Assembly (NCBI GenBank): GCA_965220745.1
Contig: CBDCQT010000011.1
Coordinates: 384,001 to 448,000, forward strand
DNA: 64,000 bases
Direction of reading: 5' to 3'
From: Alphaproteobacteria bacterium
GTDB lineage: Bacteria > Pseudomonadota > Alphaproteobacteria > UBA828
Positions within the stretch are counted from its first letter, which is position 1, and each line of letters begins with the position of its first letter. The position numbers and the translations under genes are program-made. Under the pieces are notes generated by a model. It worked only from the letters and a program-made list of their open reading frames with translations, made no database searches and had not been told where the DNA came from. This document shows, one piece after another, positions 1-9,944 of this stretch.

Positions 1-1337
1 ATGTCCCCGATATCTTCATCTTCACGCCCATCTTTTTTGGTGATCGGCTGGTGGGCTTCAGCGCGACCGTCGCCCATCATCTCGACCTCGGCGGCGGCGC
101 GCCGGGCCTCAACATGGCGGCCGGCGACGTCCACCAGGAGGGCCTGATCTTTCCGCCGAGCCGCTACAACGTGAACCGCGACTGGAACGGTGGCCCCTTC
201 GAGCGGCTGGTGCGGGCGAACGTGCGCGTGCCGGAGAAGACCATCGGGGACTGCAACGCGCAGTTCGCCGCCAATGGGGTCGGCGCGCGGCGCGTGATCG
301 AGCTCTGCGAGAAGTTCGGTGCGGACATGGTCACCGAGGCGATGCAAGGGCTGCTCGACTACGCCGAGCAGCGCATGCGCGCGGCCATCGCCGCCGCGCC
401 CGACGGCGTCTACGTGGGCGAGGACCAGCTCGACAGCGACGGGGAGAACGACGAGCCGCTCCCGGTGCGCGCGCGGGTGGAGATCGCCGGCGATACCGTC
501 TCGGTCGACTACGCGGGCACCTGCGACCAGGTGCGGACCAACGTGAACTGCCCCTTTGCATCGACCATTGCGGCGGGGCTCTCGTGCGTGAAGTCGGTGC
601 TCACGAGCCCCGACATCCCATTCAACGAGGGCGCGAAGCGGCCCATCGATATTACCGCGCCCTATGGCTCGCTGCTCAACCCGCGGCCCCCGGCCCCGGT
701 GCGCGCGCGCATGCTCTCGGCCTATCGCGCCTACAACGCGGTGATGAAGGCGCTCGCCGACGCGGTGCCCGAGCAGGTGATGGCGGCCGGCTTCGACACC
801 ACGCACGCGACCTGCATGTCGCACTTGGGCGAGGAGGGGTACGGCATCTATCTCGAAATCTTCGGCGGCGGTTACGGCGCGAGCGCCGTGGGCGACGGCT
901 GCGACGCGGTGGACAGCCCGCTTTCCAACTGCTCGAACATCCCCATCGAGGCCATCGACATGGAGCACCCGTTCTTCCGGGTGTCGGAGTACGCGCTGGT
1001 GGCGGGCTCGGGCGGTGGCGGCGAGCACCGGGGCGGGCTCGGGGTCCGGCGCGTCTACGAGGTGCTGGCCGACGACGTCGAGTACCAGTCCTACTCCGAT
1101 CGCTTCACGATCCCGCCCGAGGGGCTTTTCGACGGCGATGACGGTGGCGCAGCGTCGGTCAGCGTGTTGCGCGGCAACGAGAAGTTCGTGCTCGGCTCGA
1201 AGACGAGTTTCCGGCTGATGAAGGGCGACCGCGTGGTGATGAGCACCGGCGGCGGCGCGGGCTACGGAGAGCCGGGCCGGCGCTCGGCCGAGCGGATGGC
1301 GCAGGATCGCGAGGGCGGCGCGCTCGCGGCGTCTTAG
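1..1337 (+). CDS. Hydantoinase B/oxoprolinase family protein (5' truncated by window edge)
   Basis: Frame is open from base 3 (VPDIFIFTPIF..), then HHLDLGGGAPG, QEGLIFPP, GGGYGA..GDG, SGGGGEHRGGLG and C-terminal GGGAGYG, typical of hydantoinase B/oxoprolinase. Confidence 0.9.
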   Translation, partial: VPDIFIFTPIFFGDRLVGFSATVAHHLDLGGGAPGLNMAAGDVHQEGLIFPPSRYNVNRDWNGGPFERLVRANVRVPEKTIGDCNAQFAANGVGARRVIELCEKFGADMVTEAMQGLLDYAEQRMRAAIAAAPDGVYVGEDQLDSDGENDEPLPVRARVEIAGDTVSVDYAGTCDQVRTNVNCPFASTIAAGLSCVKSVLTSPDIPFNEGAKRPIDITAPYGSLLNPRPPAPVRARMLSAYRAYNAVMKALADAVPEQVMAAGFDTTHATCMSHLGEEGYGIYLEIFGGGYGASAVGDGCDAVDSPLSNCSNIPIEAIDMEHPFFRVSEYALVAGSGGGGEHRGGLGVRRVYEVLADDVEYQSYSDRFTIPPEGLFDGDDGGAASVSVLRGNEKFVLGSKTSFRLMKGDRVVMSTGGGAGYGEPGRRSAERMAQDREGGALAAS

Positions 1338-1390
1338 AAAAGAAATCTCTGAGGCGAAGTTTCGCGAATATCCCATAACTTAATTTTAGG

Positions 1391-1473
1391 CGGCCCATTC
1401 CGGCCTACTCCGGCCCAAAGTGGCCCAAGGTGGCCCAAGGTGGTCCGCCCAGGCGGTTCAAGGTGGCTCAAGT
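1391..1473. repeat. 10-bp-periodic degenerate tandem repeat (consensus YGGCCCAAGG)
   Basis: cggcccattc|cggcctactc|cggcccaaag|tggcccaagg|tggcccaagg|tggtccgccc, then cggttcaagg|tggctcaagt after a 3-bp register shift. Confidence 0.8.
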
Positions 1474-1480
1474 CCCGCAC

Positions 1481-1512
1481 GCAGCACGTGGGGTCGCGCT
1501 CGCCCGTGCTGC
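1481..1512. terminator. Hairpin between convergent genes (possible terminator)
   Basis: GCAGCACG(1481-1488)...CGTGCTGC(1505-1512) perfect 8-bp inverted repeat; no clear U-tract. Confidence 0.3.
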
Positions 1513-1641
1513 TTGTCCCAACCTGTTGGTTCTTGCGCTGCATGGGGCGATGTTGGCGCAACCGCCGCGCGCCGTGCACCGCACCATGGTCCGGTGAGTT
1601 GACGCGTGTCCCTCGTCACCAACAGTCGCGAGAAGCGCGGA

Positions 1642-2637
1642 TTAGAGGGGATGCCGGCTCGCCTCGACGAAGGGGGCGATGTCCGTCTCCGGGCGGGCGC
1701 CGTAGTGCCCCACGATCTCGCCGGCCGTCAGCGCCGCGAGCCGACCGCAACGAGCGAGATCGAAACCACGCGCCAATCCCAGGAGGAAGCCCGCGGCATA
1801 GAGGTCGCCGGCGCCGGTGGTATCCACGACATGGGCGACCGGCGCGGCCTCGATGGTGTGAACCGCGCCTTCCCCCGCAACCACCGAGCCCTTGGCGCTG
1901 CGCGTGAGCACGGCGATGGCGCAATCCGCGCGGGCGGCGGCGAGAGCCGTGTCGAAGTCGGCGACCTGGTAGAGCGCCATCGCCTCGTCCTCGTTGGCGA
2001 ACAGGACATCGACGTGGTTCGCCACCAGATCGCGCAACTCCGCCCGGTGGCGCTCGACGCAGAAGGAGTCCGAGAGCGAGAGGCAGACCCGCCCGCCTGC
2101 GGCATGGGCGATCCCGAGCGCCTTGCGGAAGGCGTCCTTGGCCGCCGGCGGGTCCCAGAGGTAGCCCTCCATGTAGAGCAGCCGCGCGCGCGCGATGAAG
2201 TCCGGGTCGATATCGCCAGGCCCGAGCTCGACGCAGGCGCCCAGATACGTGTTCATCGTGCGCTGGGCATCCGGGGTGACGAAGATCAGGCACTGCGCGG
2301 TCGCGGCACCGTCCACCGCCGCCGGGGTGGGGAAGGAGACGCCCGCGGCCTCGATATCGCGGCGGAACACGGCGCCAGCCTCGTCGTCCCGCACCTTGCC
2401 GACGTAGCCGGCGGCGCCGCCGAGCCGCGCCACGCCCACCATGGTGTTGGCGGCGGAGCCGCCGCAGACCTCGACCGCCCTGCCCATGCGCGGGCGGAGC
2501 GACCTGGCACGCTCGGCGTCGATCAGGGTCATTGAGCCCTTGTGGAGGCTCTCTTCGGCGAGCAGCGCGTCATCGGCCTCGGCGACGGCATCGACGATGG
2601 CGTTGCCGATCCCGACGACATCCAGCTGAGACCCCAT
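1642..2637 (-). CDS. PfkB-family carbohydrate kinase (adenosine kinase-like)
   Basis: GIGNAIVD, GGSAANT, AQRTMNTYLGA, EGYLWD, DTTGAGDLYAAGF PfkB signatures. Confidence 0.9.
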   Translation of the reverse strand: MGSQLDVVGIGNAIVDAVAEADDALLAEESLHKGSMTLIDAERARSLRPRMGRAVEVCGGSAANTMVGVARLGGAAGYVGKVRDDEAGAVFRRDIEAAGVSFPTPAAVDGAATAQCLIFVTPDAQRTMNTYLGACVELGPGDIDPDFIARARLLYMEGYLWDPPAAKDAFRKALGIAHAAGGRVCLSLSDSFCVERHRAELRDLVANHVDVLFANEDEAMALYQVADFDTALAAARADCAIAVLTRSAKGSVVAGEGAVHTIEAAPVAHVVDTTGAGDLYAAGFLLGLARGFDLARCGRLAALTAGEIVGHYGARPETDIAPFVEASRHPL

Positions 2638-2770
2638 TCAACTCTCCTTCACGCGACCATGCCGCCGGTGCGGCGGCGGGACTATAGGGCCGCGGTCACC
2701 GGCGGCAAAGCCAGGTGCGGAAGTCATCAGGCTGGCATGGCGCGGCAGCATCCGCGATAGTCGGCCGACC

Positions 2771-3445
2771 ATGACGGCGAGCGGCGAGGCAGAAAGAATC
2801 GAAGCCGGCGCAGACTGTGCCGGGCTTCCCACGCTGCGCGCCGGCCCCGAGGCGATGGCCGCCGCCCTCGACCAAGTGGCGCGCGAGGACGCAGCCGTGG
2901 TGCCGCTGCTCACGCCGGCGGAGTGCCAGGAGTTCATCGACGCGGGCGCGGACCTCGCCTTCCGCTCTGCCAAGCCGGTCATCGGCGAAGGCGAGCGCGC
3001 GGTCTATCAGGACTTCGATATCTGCCTCTCGATCCCGCGACCGCACCGGCTCTGGCAGCTGACCCAGGCGGTCGAGCGCCTCATTGCCGCCGCGCTCGGC
3101 ACCATGGCCGAACCGCCGTTGGAGACGCTGCCGCTCAACGACCTGGTCTTGCAGCGCTACCCGCCCGGCGCGCGTGGCATCACGCCGCACCGCGACCACG
3201 TGCGCTACGTCGGACTGGTGGTGATCGTCCAGATGAGCGGGGACGGTCGCTTCGGCCTCTGCGCCGACCGCAGCGGCGCCGACGCCCGCGTGCTCGACGC
3301 CGGTCCGGGAGACGGCATTCTGATGCGCGCGCCCGACTTCGGCAGAGCAAAGGACCGGCCGTTCCACTTCCTCGACGGGATCACGGTCGAGCGCTACAGC
3401 CTCGGCATGCGCAGCGACAAGACGGCGGAACCGGCGGCCGATTGA
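2771..3445 (+). CDS. Putative 2OG-Fe(II) oxygenase superfamily protein
   Basis: LQRY..ITPHRD (HxD), distal RPFH, and RYSLGMR, consistent with a DSBH dioxygenase. Confidence 0.65.
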   Translation: MTASGEAERIEAGADCAGLPTLRAGPEAMAAALDQVAREDAAVVPLLTPAECQEFIDAGADLAFRSAKPVIGEGERAVYQDFDICLSIPRPHRLWQLTQAVERLIAAALGTMAEPPLETLPLNDLVLQRYPPGARGITPHRDHVRYVGLVVIVQMSGDGRFGLCADRSGADARVLDAGPGDGILMRAPDFGRAKDRPFHFLDGITVERYSLGMRSDKTAEPAAD

Positions 3446-3515
3446 GTACCACCCGCCCGGCGAGGCGGCAGGCAGGCCCGTGCTATAGTGAACGACTCGT
3501 CCCGCACCGTGGTCC

Positions 3516-5813
3516 ATGAGCGAACCGTTCGATCCTGAGCCCGGCCTGCCCGCCGCGCCCGACACGCCGCCGGCTCGTCCGCCGGCGCCTGCGTCGACCT
3601 TTCTCGACGACCTGAACCCGGAGCAACGGCAAGCGGCGGAGGCGCTCGACGGTCCGCTGCTGGTGTTGGCCGGCGCCGGCACCGGCAAGACCCGCGTGCT
3701 CACCACGCGGCTCGCCCACATTCTCGCCACCGGCCGCGCCCGGCCGGGGCAGGTGCTGGCGGTCACCTTCACCAACAAGGCGGCGCGGGAGATGATCAGC
3801 CGGGTGGAGCGGCTGATGGGCCGTTCCGCCGCCGGCCTCTGGCTCGGCACCTTCCACGCCATCGCGGCGCGCATCCTGCGCCGCCATGCCGAGCTCGCTG
3901 GGCTCAAGCCGGACTTCACGATCCTCGACACCGACGACCAGATCCGCCTGCTCCGGCAGCTCATCCAGGCGGCGGACATCGACGAGAAGCGCTGGCCGGC
4001 GCGGACCCTCTCGATCATCATCCAGCGCTGGAAGGACCGGGGACTCACGGTCGACAAGGTAGCGGGCGCGGACGGCGCCGACTACGCCAACGGGCGCGCG
4101 CCGGACCTCTACAAGGCCTATCAGGAGCGGCTCAAGACCGTGAACGCGGTCGATTTCGGCGACCTTCTGCTGCACAACCTGACCCTCTTCACGGGCCACA
4201 AGGACGTACTGGAGGACTACCAGCAGCGCTTTCGCTACCTGCTTGTTGACGAGTATCAGGACACCAACGTCGCCCAGTATCTGTGGCTGCGGCTGCTGGC
4301 GCAGGCGCATCACAGCATCTGCTGCGTCGGCGACGACGATCAGTCGATCTACGGCTGGCGCGGCGCCGAGGTCGGCAACATCCTTCGCTTCGAGCAGGAT
4401 TTCCCCGGCGCGCAGGTAGTCCGGCTGGAGCGCAACTACCGCTCCACCGGGCACATCCTCGCCGCCGCCTCGGGCCTCATCGCTCACAACGCCGGCCGGC
4501 TCGGCAAGACGCTCTGGACCGAGGGCGAGGACGGCGAGAAGGTCCGCATCACCGAGACCTGGGACGGCGACGAGGAGGCGCGCGCCGTCGGCGACGCCAT
4601 CGAGGCGCGGCAGCGCGAAGGCGAGAGCCTGGACAGTATCGCCATCCTGGTCCGCGCCGGCTTCCAGACCCGCGCTTTCGAGGAACGCTTCCTCGCCATC
4701 GGCCTGCCCTACCGCGTGATCGGGGGCTTCCGCTTCTACGAGCGTCAGGAGATTCGGGACGCCGTGGCCTACGTCCGGGTCGTGGTGCGCCCCGACGACG
4801 ATCTCGCCTTCGAGCGGATCGTGAACCTGCCGAAGCGCGGCCTCGGCGAGGCCTCGCTACGCCCGATTCACGAGCTCGCGCGCACGAGCGACCTCTCGCT
4901 CTGTCGGGCGGCGGAACGGCTGATCGAGACCGACGAGCTGAAGCCCCGCGCCCGCTCGAGCCTCGCCGAGCTGATCGGCCAGCTTCGCGGCTGGCGCAGC
5001 GCGCTGGCCGAGACGCCCCATGCCGAGGTCGTGGGCAGGATGCTCGACGAATCCGGCTACACCGAGATGTGGCAGAAGGACCGCTCGCCCGCCGCCCCCG
5101 GCCGGCTCGAAAACCTGAAGGAGCTGGTGGATGCGCTCTCCGAGTTCGAGGACCTCGGCGCCTTCCTCGATCACGTGAGCCTGGTTATGGACCGGGAGGG
5201 CGAGGCCAGCGAGGAGATGGTCAACATCATGACCCTGCACGGCGCCAAGGGACTGGAGTTCGACACGGTGTTCCTGCCGGGGTGGGAGGAAGGGCTATTC
5301 CCGCACCAGCTTGCGCTCGACGAATCTGGTCATGCCGGGCTTGAGGAGGAGCGGCGCCTGGCCTACGTGGGGCTTACCCGCGCCCGCCTGCGCGCGCACG
5401 TGCTCTTCGCGGCGAACCGTCACCGGCACGGGCAGTGGGTGAGCGCCATCCCCTCGCGCTTCGTCGACGAGCTCGCGCCGGACCATGTGGCCCTCTCCGA
5501 CGACAGTCCCGTGCAGCCCGCGCCCGGCGGGCTCTATCGCGGCCACGGCGGAGGCGTCGGCGCGCGACACCTCATGTCCGAGCACGCGAGCTACCGCGGG
5601 CGGGGGACGCCGCCCACCATCGACGCAACGCCCCTGCCCGTCGGCGACGGCGCGGGGCCCGCAGGCTACGCGACCGGCGACCGCGTCTTTCACCAAAAAT
5701 TCGGCTACGGGCGGATTCAAACGGTGGATGGCGACAAGCTGGAGATCGCATTCGACAAGGCCGGCACCAAGAAGATCATCGACCGCTTCGTTCAACCCGC
5801 CGACAGCGTCTGA
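3516..5813 (+). CDS. uvrD: UvrD/PcrA ATP-dependent DNA helicase
   Basis: LAGAGTGKT, VTFTNKAA, VDEYQD, VGDDDQSIYGWRG, NYRS, TLHGAKGLEF, EERRLAYVGLTRA; C-terminal Tudor-like HQKFGYG. Confidence 0.95.
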   Translation: MSEPFDPEPGLPAAPDTPPARPPAPASTFLDDLNPEQRQAAEALDGPLLVLAGAGTGKTRVLTTRLAHILATGRARPGQVLAVTFTNKAAREMISRVERLMGRSAAGLWLGTFHAIAARILRRHAELAGLKPDFTILDTDDQIRLLRQLIQAADIDEKRWPARTLSIIIQRWKDRGLTVDKVAGADGADYANGRAPDLYKAYQERLKTVNAVDFGDLLLHNLTLFTGHKDVLEDYQQRFRYLLVDEYQDTNVAQYLWLRLLAQAHHSICCVGDDDQSIYGWRGAEVGNILRFEQDFPGAQVVRLERNYRSTGHILAAASGLIAHNAGRLGKTLWTEGEDGEKVRITETWDGDEEARAVGDAIEARQREGESLDSIAILVRAGFQTRAFEERFLAIGLPYRVIGGFRFYERQEIRDAVAYVRVVVRPDDDLAFERIVNLPKRGLGEASLRPIHELARTSDLSLCRAAERLIETDELKPRARSSLAELIGQLRGWRSALAETPHAEVVGRMLDESGYTEMWQKDRSPAAPGRLENLKELVDALSEFEDLGAFLDHVSLVMDREGEASEEMVNIMTLHGAKGLEFDTVFLPGWEEGLFPHQLALDESGHAGLEEERRLAYVGLTRARLRAHVLFAANRHRHGQWVSAIPSRFVDELAPDHVALSDDSPVQPAPGGLYRGHGGGVGARHLMSEHASYRGRGTPPTIDATPLPVGDGAGPAGYATGDRVFHQKFGYGRIQTVDGDKLEIAFDKAGTKKIIDRFVQPADSV

Positions 5814-5820
5814 GCGTCTG

Positions 5821-7284
5821 TCAGCCACGCAGGCGTTTGATGGTGCTAGTGGTGCTGTACCCGGCTTCGTTGGCGACGATCATAACGATGCCGCCGTAGC
5901 CTTGCACGAAGTCGGCGCCCACCACCTCCGCCACCGTGTAGTCGGAGCCCTTGACGAGGCAATCCGGTCGCAGCGCCTCGATCAGCCGCTCCGGCGCGTC
6001 CTCGGCGAAGACCACGACCAGATCGACGGTTTCCAGCGCGGCCAGCACCTGCGCCCGCGCCGCCTCCCCCTGCACCGGGCGGTCCGCCCCCTTGAGCCGG
6101 CGCACAGAGGCATCGCTGTTGAGGCCGACGATCAACCGGTCCGCCGTCTGCCGCGCCTGGCGCAGCAGCGAGACATGGCCGGGGTGGAGCAGGTCGAAGC
6201 AGCCATTGGTGAAGCCGATGCGCTGCCCCTGCGCCCGCCAGCCGGCGGCTGCGTCCAGCGCCGCCGTCAGCGGCACGATCTTGGCTTGGGAGGCCGAGAG
6301 GTCGCCGGTGCGCACCGCGTGCAACAAATCGGCCGTGCTGACCGCGGCAGTCCCCGCCTTGCCGACCGCAACTCCCGCGGCAACGTTGGCAAGCTGGGCA
6401 GCGGCAATCAGGTCCATGCCCTGGCCGAGGGCTGCGGCGAGCGTCGCCACCACCGTGTCGCCGGCGCCGGAGACATCGAACACCTCGCGCGCCTCTGCCT
6501 TGAGTTGGGCGATGCAGCCGCCCGCCGAGACCAGCGTCACGCCGTCGCGGCCGCGTGTGACCAGGATCGCGCCCACGTCATGGCGGGCGATGAGCCGCCG
6601 GCAGGCGTCGACGACGGCATCGTCGGTCTCCAGACGCGCGCCGGCAGCGACCCCGAGTTCGGTGCGGTTGGGCGTCAGCACCGTTGCACCGGCGTAGCGC
6701 CCGAAGTCGGGTCCTCTGGGATCGACCACGACCGGCCGGCTGGCGCGACGGGCGGCCTCGATCAGGTGTGGCACCAGATCGGCGGTGAGCACGCCCTTGG
6801 CGTAGTCGGAGAGCACGACCACGTCGCAGCCCGAAATAGCCTCCCGCGCGAAGCCGAGCAGGCGCTCTGCCGAGCCGGGCGCGATCGGCTCGGTGGTCTC
6901 CCAATCGGCGCGCAAAAGCTGCTGGCCCTCGGCAACGAAGCGGGTCTTTTCGGTGGAAAGCCGTCCCCGCTCCACCAGCAGGCAAGGCTCGACCCGCTCC
7001 TCGCGCCCCACCAAGCCGGTAATCCTGCGCCCCACTGCGTCGTCTCCGATCACCGAGAGCAGAGTGGCCCGCGCGCCGAGCGAGACGACATTTCGTACCA
7101 CGTTGCCGACGCCGCCCGGCATGTCGGCGTCGTGGTCGGTGCGCAGGATCGGCACCGGCGCCTCCGGCGAGGTGCGCTCGACCCGCCCGTAGACGAAGCG
7201 ATCCAGCATTAGATCGCCGACACAGGCGACCCGGCTTTGACCAAGCAAATTGATGGAGGCGGTAATGGAAGACGGGTCGACCAT
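5821..7284 (-). CDS. hldE: Bifunctional heptose-7-phosphate kinase / heptose-1-phosphate adenylyltransferase
   Basis: GDLMLDRF..SPEAPVP, LSDYAKG, DVSGAGDT (kinase) plus FTNGCFDLLHPGH, GLNSDAS, KGSDY (adenylyltransferase); start taken at ATG 7284, uncertain. Confidence 0.93.
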   Translation of the reverse strand: MVDPSSITASINLLGQSRVACVGDLMLDRFVYGRVERTSPEAPVPILRTDHDADMPGGVGNVVRNVVSLGARATLLSVIGDDAVGRRITGLVGREERVEPCLLVERGRLSTEKTRFVAEGQQLLRADWETTEPIAPGSAERLLGFAREAISGCDVVVLSDYAKGVLTADLVPHLIEAARRASRPVVVDPRGPDFGRYAGATVLTPNRTELGVAAGARLETDDAVVDACRRLIARHDVGAILVTRGRDGVTLVSAGGCIAQLKAEAREVFDVSGAGDTVVATLAAALGQGMDLIAAAQLANVAAGVAVGKAGTAAVSTADLLHAVRTGDLSASQAKIVPLTAALDAAAGWRAQGQRIGFTNGCFDLLHPGHVSLLRQARQTADRLIVGLNSDASVRRLKGADRPVQGEAARAQVLAALETVDLVVVFAEDAPERLIEALRPDCLVKGSDYTVAEVVGADFVQGYGGIVMIVANEAGYSTTSTIKRLRG

Positions 7285-7471
7285 GACCCCAACATCAAGG
7301 CGTTCCAACAAAACTGGTCGCACGGTATACGAATAAAGATATCAATAACAGAATTTCGTGTTGCTGAATCTTCCTGCCACGTCCTGTCGCTGCAACCTCA
7401 GCCACACGCGCTTGCCCGGCCCGCGAGCGCGCGCCAATATCGGCAGCACCGCCACCGACCGGAATCCGCCC

Positions 7472-9385
7472 ATGACCAGCCGCTACGACGATATCTATGC
7501 ACGCTCGCTCGCAGAGCCCGAGGCCTTCTGGGCCGAGGCGGCCGAGGGCATCGACTGGGAGAAGCGGTGGGACCGCGTGCTGGACGATTCCCGACCGCCC
7601 TTCCTCCGCTGGTTTGTCGGCGCCGAGGTCAACACCTGCCACAATGCCCTGGATCGCCACGTGGCCGCCGGCCGCGGCGCCCAGACGGCACTGATCTACG
7701 ACAGCCCCGTCACCAGCACCGTGCGGAGCTTCACCTATGCCGAGCTGCAGGCTCTCGCCGCGCGCTTCGCCGGCGCGCTCGCGGCGCGGGGCGTGGGCCG
7801 GGGCGACCGCGTGGTGCTCTACATGCCGATGGTCCCGGAGGCGGCCGTCGCCATGCTGGGCTGCGCCCGCATCGGCGCGGTCCATTCCGTGGTATTCGGC
7901 GGCTTCGCGGCGAACGAACTCGCGACCAGGATCGACGACGCCAAGCCCAAGGTCATCGTCTGCGGCTCATGCGGCATCGAGGTGGACCGCGTCATCGCTT
8001 ACAAGCCCCTGCTCGACGCCGCGATCGACCTCGCGAGCCACAAGCCCGAGTGCTGCATCGTCCTGCAACGGCCCGAGCTGGAGGCGCCGCTCACGGCCGG
8101 CCGCGACGAGACCTGGGCCGACGCGATGGCCGGGGCGGAGCCGGCGGACTGCGTGCCCGTCGCCGCCACCGACCCGCTCTATATCCTCTACACCTCCGGC
8201 ACCACCGGCGATCCCAAGGGCATCGTGCGCGACAACGGCGGGCACCTGGTCGCGCTGCACTGGACCATGAGCGGCGTCTACGACCGGAAGCCCGGCCAGG
8301 TGTGGTGGGCGGCGTCGGATATCGGCTGGGTGGTCGGCCACTCCTATATCGTCTACGCGCCGCTGATCTTTGGTTGCCCGTCGATCCTCTACGAGGGCAA
8401 GCCGGTCGGCACGCCTGATGCCGGAGCCTATTGGCGGGTGATCTCGCAGCACGGTGTGAGCGCCATGTTCACGGCGCCGACGGCCTTCCGCGCGATCAAG
8501 CGGGACGATCCCGATGCGGCCCGCCTCGCCGACTACGACATCTCCTGCTTCGATACGCTCTACCTCGCCGGCGAGCGGACCGACCCCGACACCTTGGCCT
8601 GGGCCGAGAACCATCTGGAACGCCCGGTATACGACCACTGGTGGCAGACCGAGTCCGGCTGGCCCATGGGCGCCAACTGCACGGGCCTCGGCGCGCTGCC
8701 GGTGAAGCCGGGCTCGCCCACCAAGCCGGTGCCGGGCTATCGCATCGAGGTGGTGGATGAGGCCGGCGAGCAGGTGCCGGCGGGCGGGATCGGCTCGATC
8801 GTGGTCAAGCTGCCGTTGCCGCCCGGCTTCACGCCGACGCTCTGGAACAACGACAAGCGCTTCGAGGAAGCCTACTTCACGCGCTTCCCCGGCTATTACC
8901 TGACTGGCGACGCCGGCGTTCTCGACGAGGACGGCTATCTCTGGATCATGAGCCGCACCGACGACATCATCAACGTCGCGGGCCACAGGCTCTCGACCGG
9001 GGCGATGGAGGAGGTGCTGGCGGCACATCAGGACGTGGCGGAATGCGCCGTGGTCGGCGTCGCCGACGCGCTGAAGGGGCAGCTGCCATTGGGTTTCGTC
9101 GTGCTCAAGGCGGGCGTCAACCGGCCGTCGGGCGAGATCGTGGTGGAACTCGTGCGCATGGTGCGCGAGACCATCGGCCCGGTCGCCGCCTTCAAGCAGG
9201 CGGTGGTGGTCGAGCGGCTGCCCAAGACCCGCTCAGGCAAGATTCTGCGGGGCACCATGGCGAAGATCGCCGACGGCGAAGAGTACAAGACCCCGGCGAC
9301 CATCGACGACCCGGCGATCCTGGGCGAGATCGCCGACGCGGTTCGCCCGATCGGCTACGGCGGTGGCGCGCCGGCGAACGGCTAA
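7472..9385 (+). CDS. prpE: Propionyl-CoA synthetase (acetate/propionate-CoA ligase)
   Basis: YILYTSGTTGDPKGIVRDNGGH, DIGWVVGHSY, DHWWQTE, RTDDIINVAGHRLSTG, LPKTRSGKILR; start at ATG 7472 (MTSRYDD). Confidence 0.88.
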   Translation: MTSRYDDIYARSLAEPEAFWAEAAEGIDWEKRWDRVLDDSRPPFLRWFVGAEVNTCHNALDRHVAAGRGAQTALIYDSPVTSTVRSFTYAELQALAARFAGALAARGVGRGDRVVLYMPMVPEAAVAMLGCARIGAVHSVVFGGFAANELATRIDDAKPKVIVCGSCGIEVDRVIAYKPLLDAAIDLASHKPECCIVLQRPELEAPLTAGRDETWADAMAGAEPADCVPVAATDPLYILYTSGTTGDPKGIVRDNGGHLVALHWTMSGVYDRKPGQVWWAASDIGWVVGHSYIVYAPLIFGCPSILYEGKPVGTPDAGAYWRVISQHGVSAMFTAPTAFRAIKRDDPDAARLADYDISCFDTLYLAGERTDPDTLAWAENHLERPVYDHWWQTESGWPMGANCTGLGALPVKPGSPTKPVPGYRIEVVDEAGEQVPAGGIGSIVVKLPLPPGFTPTLWNNDKRFEEAYFTRFPGYYLTGDAGVLDEDGYLWIMSRTDDIINVAGHRLSTGAMEEVLAAHQDVAECAVVGVADALKGQLPLGFVVLKAGVNRPSGEIVVELVRMVRETIGPVAAFKQAVVVERLPKTRSGKILRGTMAKIADGEEYKTPATIDDPAILGEIADAVRPIGYGGGAPANG

Positions 9386-9386
9386 C

Positions 9387-9944
9387 TCAGTCAGCCGCCG
9401 GCAAGAGAAATGTGAGCACGGTTCTGCCGTAGCGGCGCTGGTCCTGCACCGTGAGCGTCGCCGGCGGCTCGAAGGGATCGTCCACCCCGTGCTCGACCAC
9501 GACGGTCGCCTCATCGTCCAGCCAGCGGCGCGCTGCCAGCGCTGCCAGTGCTGGTTCCGCGAGGCCGGAGCAGTAAGGCGGGTCCAGTAGGGCGAGATCG
9601 CAGACCGTGACCGCCGGTGGCAACCGGGTGGCGTCGCAGGCGATAACGGTGGCTCGGTCAGCGCAGCCCAGGGCCTCGATGTTGGCGCGGAGCACCCCGC
9701 GCACGTCGGCTTCGCTCTCTACGGCGGTGAGGGACGCGGCGCCGCGGGAGAGCGCCTCCAGGCCGAGAGCACCAGTGCCTGCGAACAGATCGACGACATG
9801 GGCACCCTCGAGCGGCCTCGGCATCCCGCCGTGGAGCAGGATGTCGAAGAGGGACTCGCGCACTCTCTCCCCGGTCGGGCGCACGCGCACGCCGGCCGGC
9901 GCCCGCAGCCGGCGGCCGCGCAGGCTACCGCCGACGATCCGCAC
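9387..9944 (-). CDS. rsmD: 16S rRNA (guanine966-N2)-methyltransferase
   Basis: GTG start MRIVGGSLRGRRL, RPT..RVRESLFDIL, DLFAGTGALGLEALSRGA, DPPY. Confidence 0.9.
   Translation of the reverse strand: MRIVGGSLRGRRLRAPAGVRVRPTGERVRESLFDILLHGGMPRPLEGAHVVDLFAGTGALGLEALSRGAASLTAVESEADVRGVLRANIEALGCADRATVIACDATRLPPAVTVCDLALLDPPYCSGLAEPALAALAARRWLDDEATVVVEHGVDDPFEPPATLTVQDQRRYGRTVLTFLLPAAD

Noticed and set aside
1368-1395. dif-like or CtrA-like site in ATCCCATAACTTAATTTTAGG
   Set aside because: No XerD arm (TTATG..) and no TTAA-N7-TTAA match
1391-1473. Possible CRISPR array
   Set aside because: Units are 10 bp with no unique spacers, and there are no cas genes in the window
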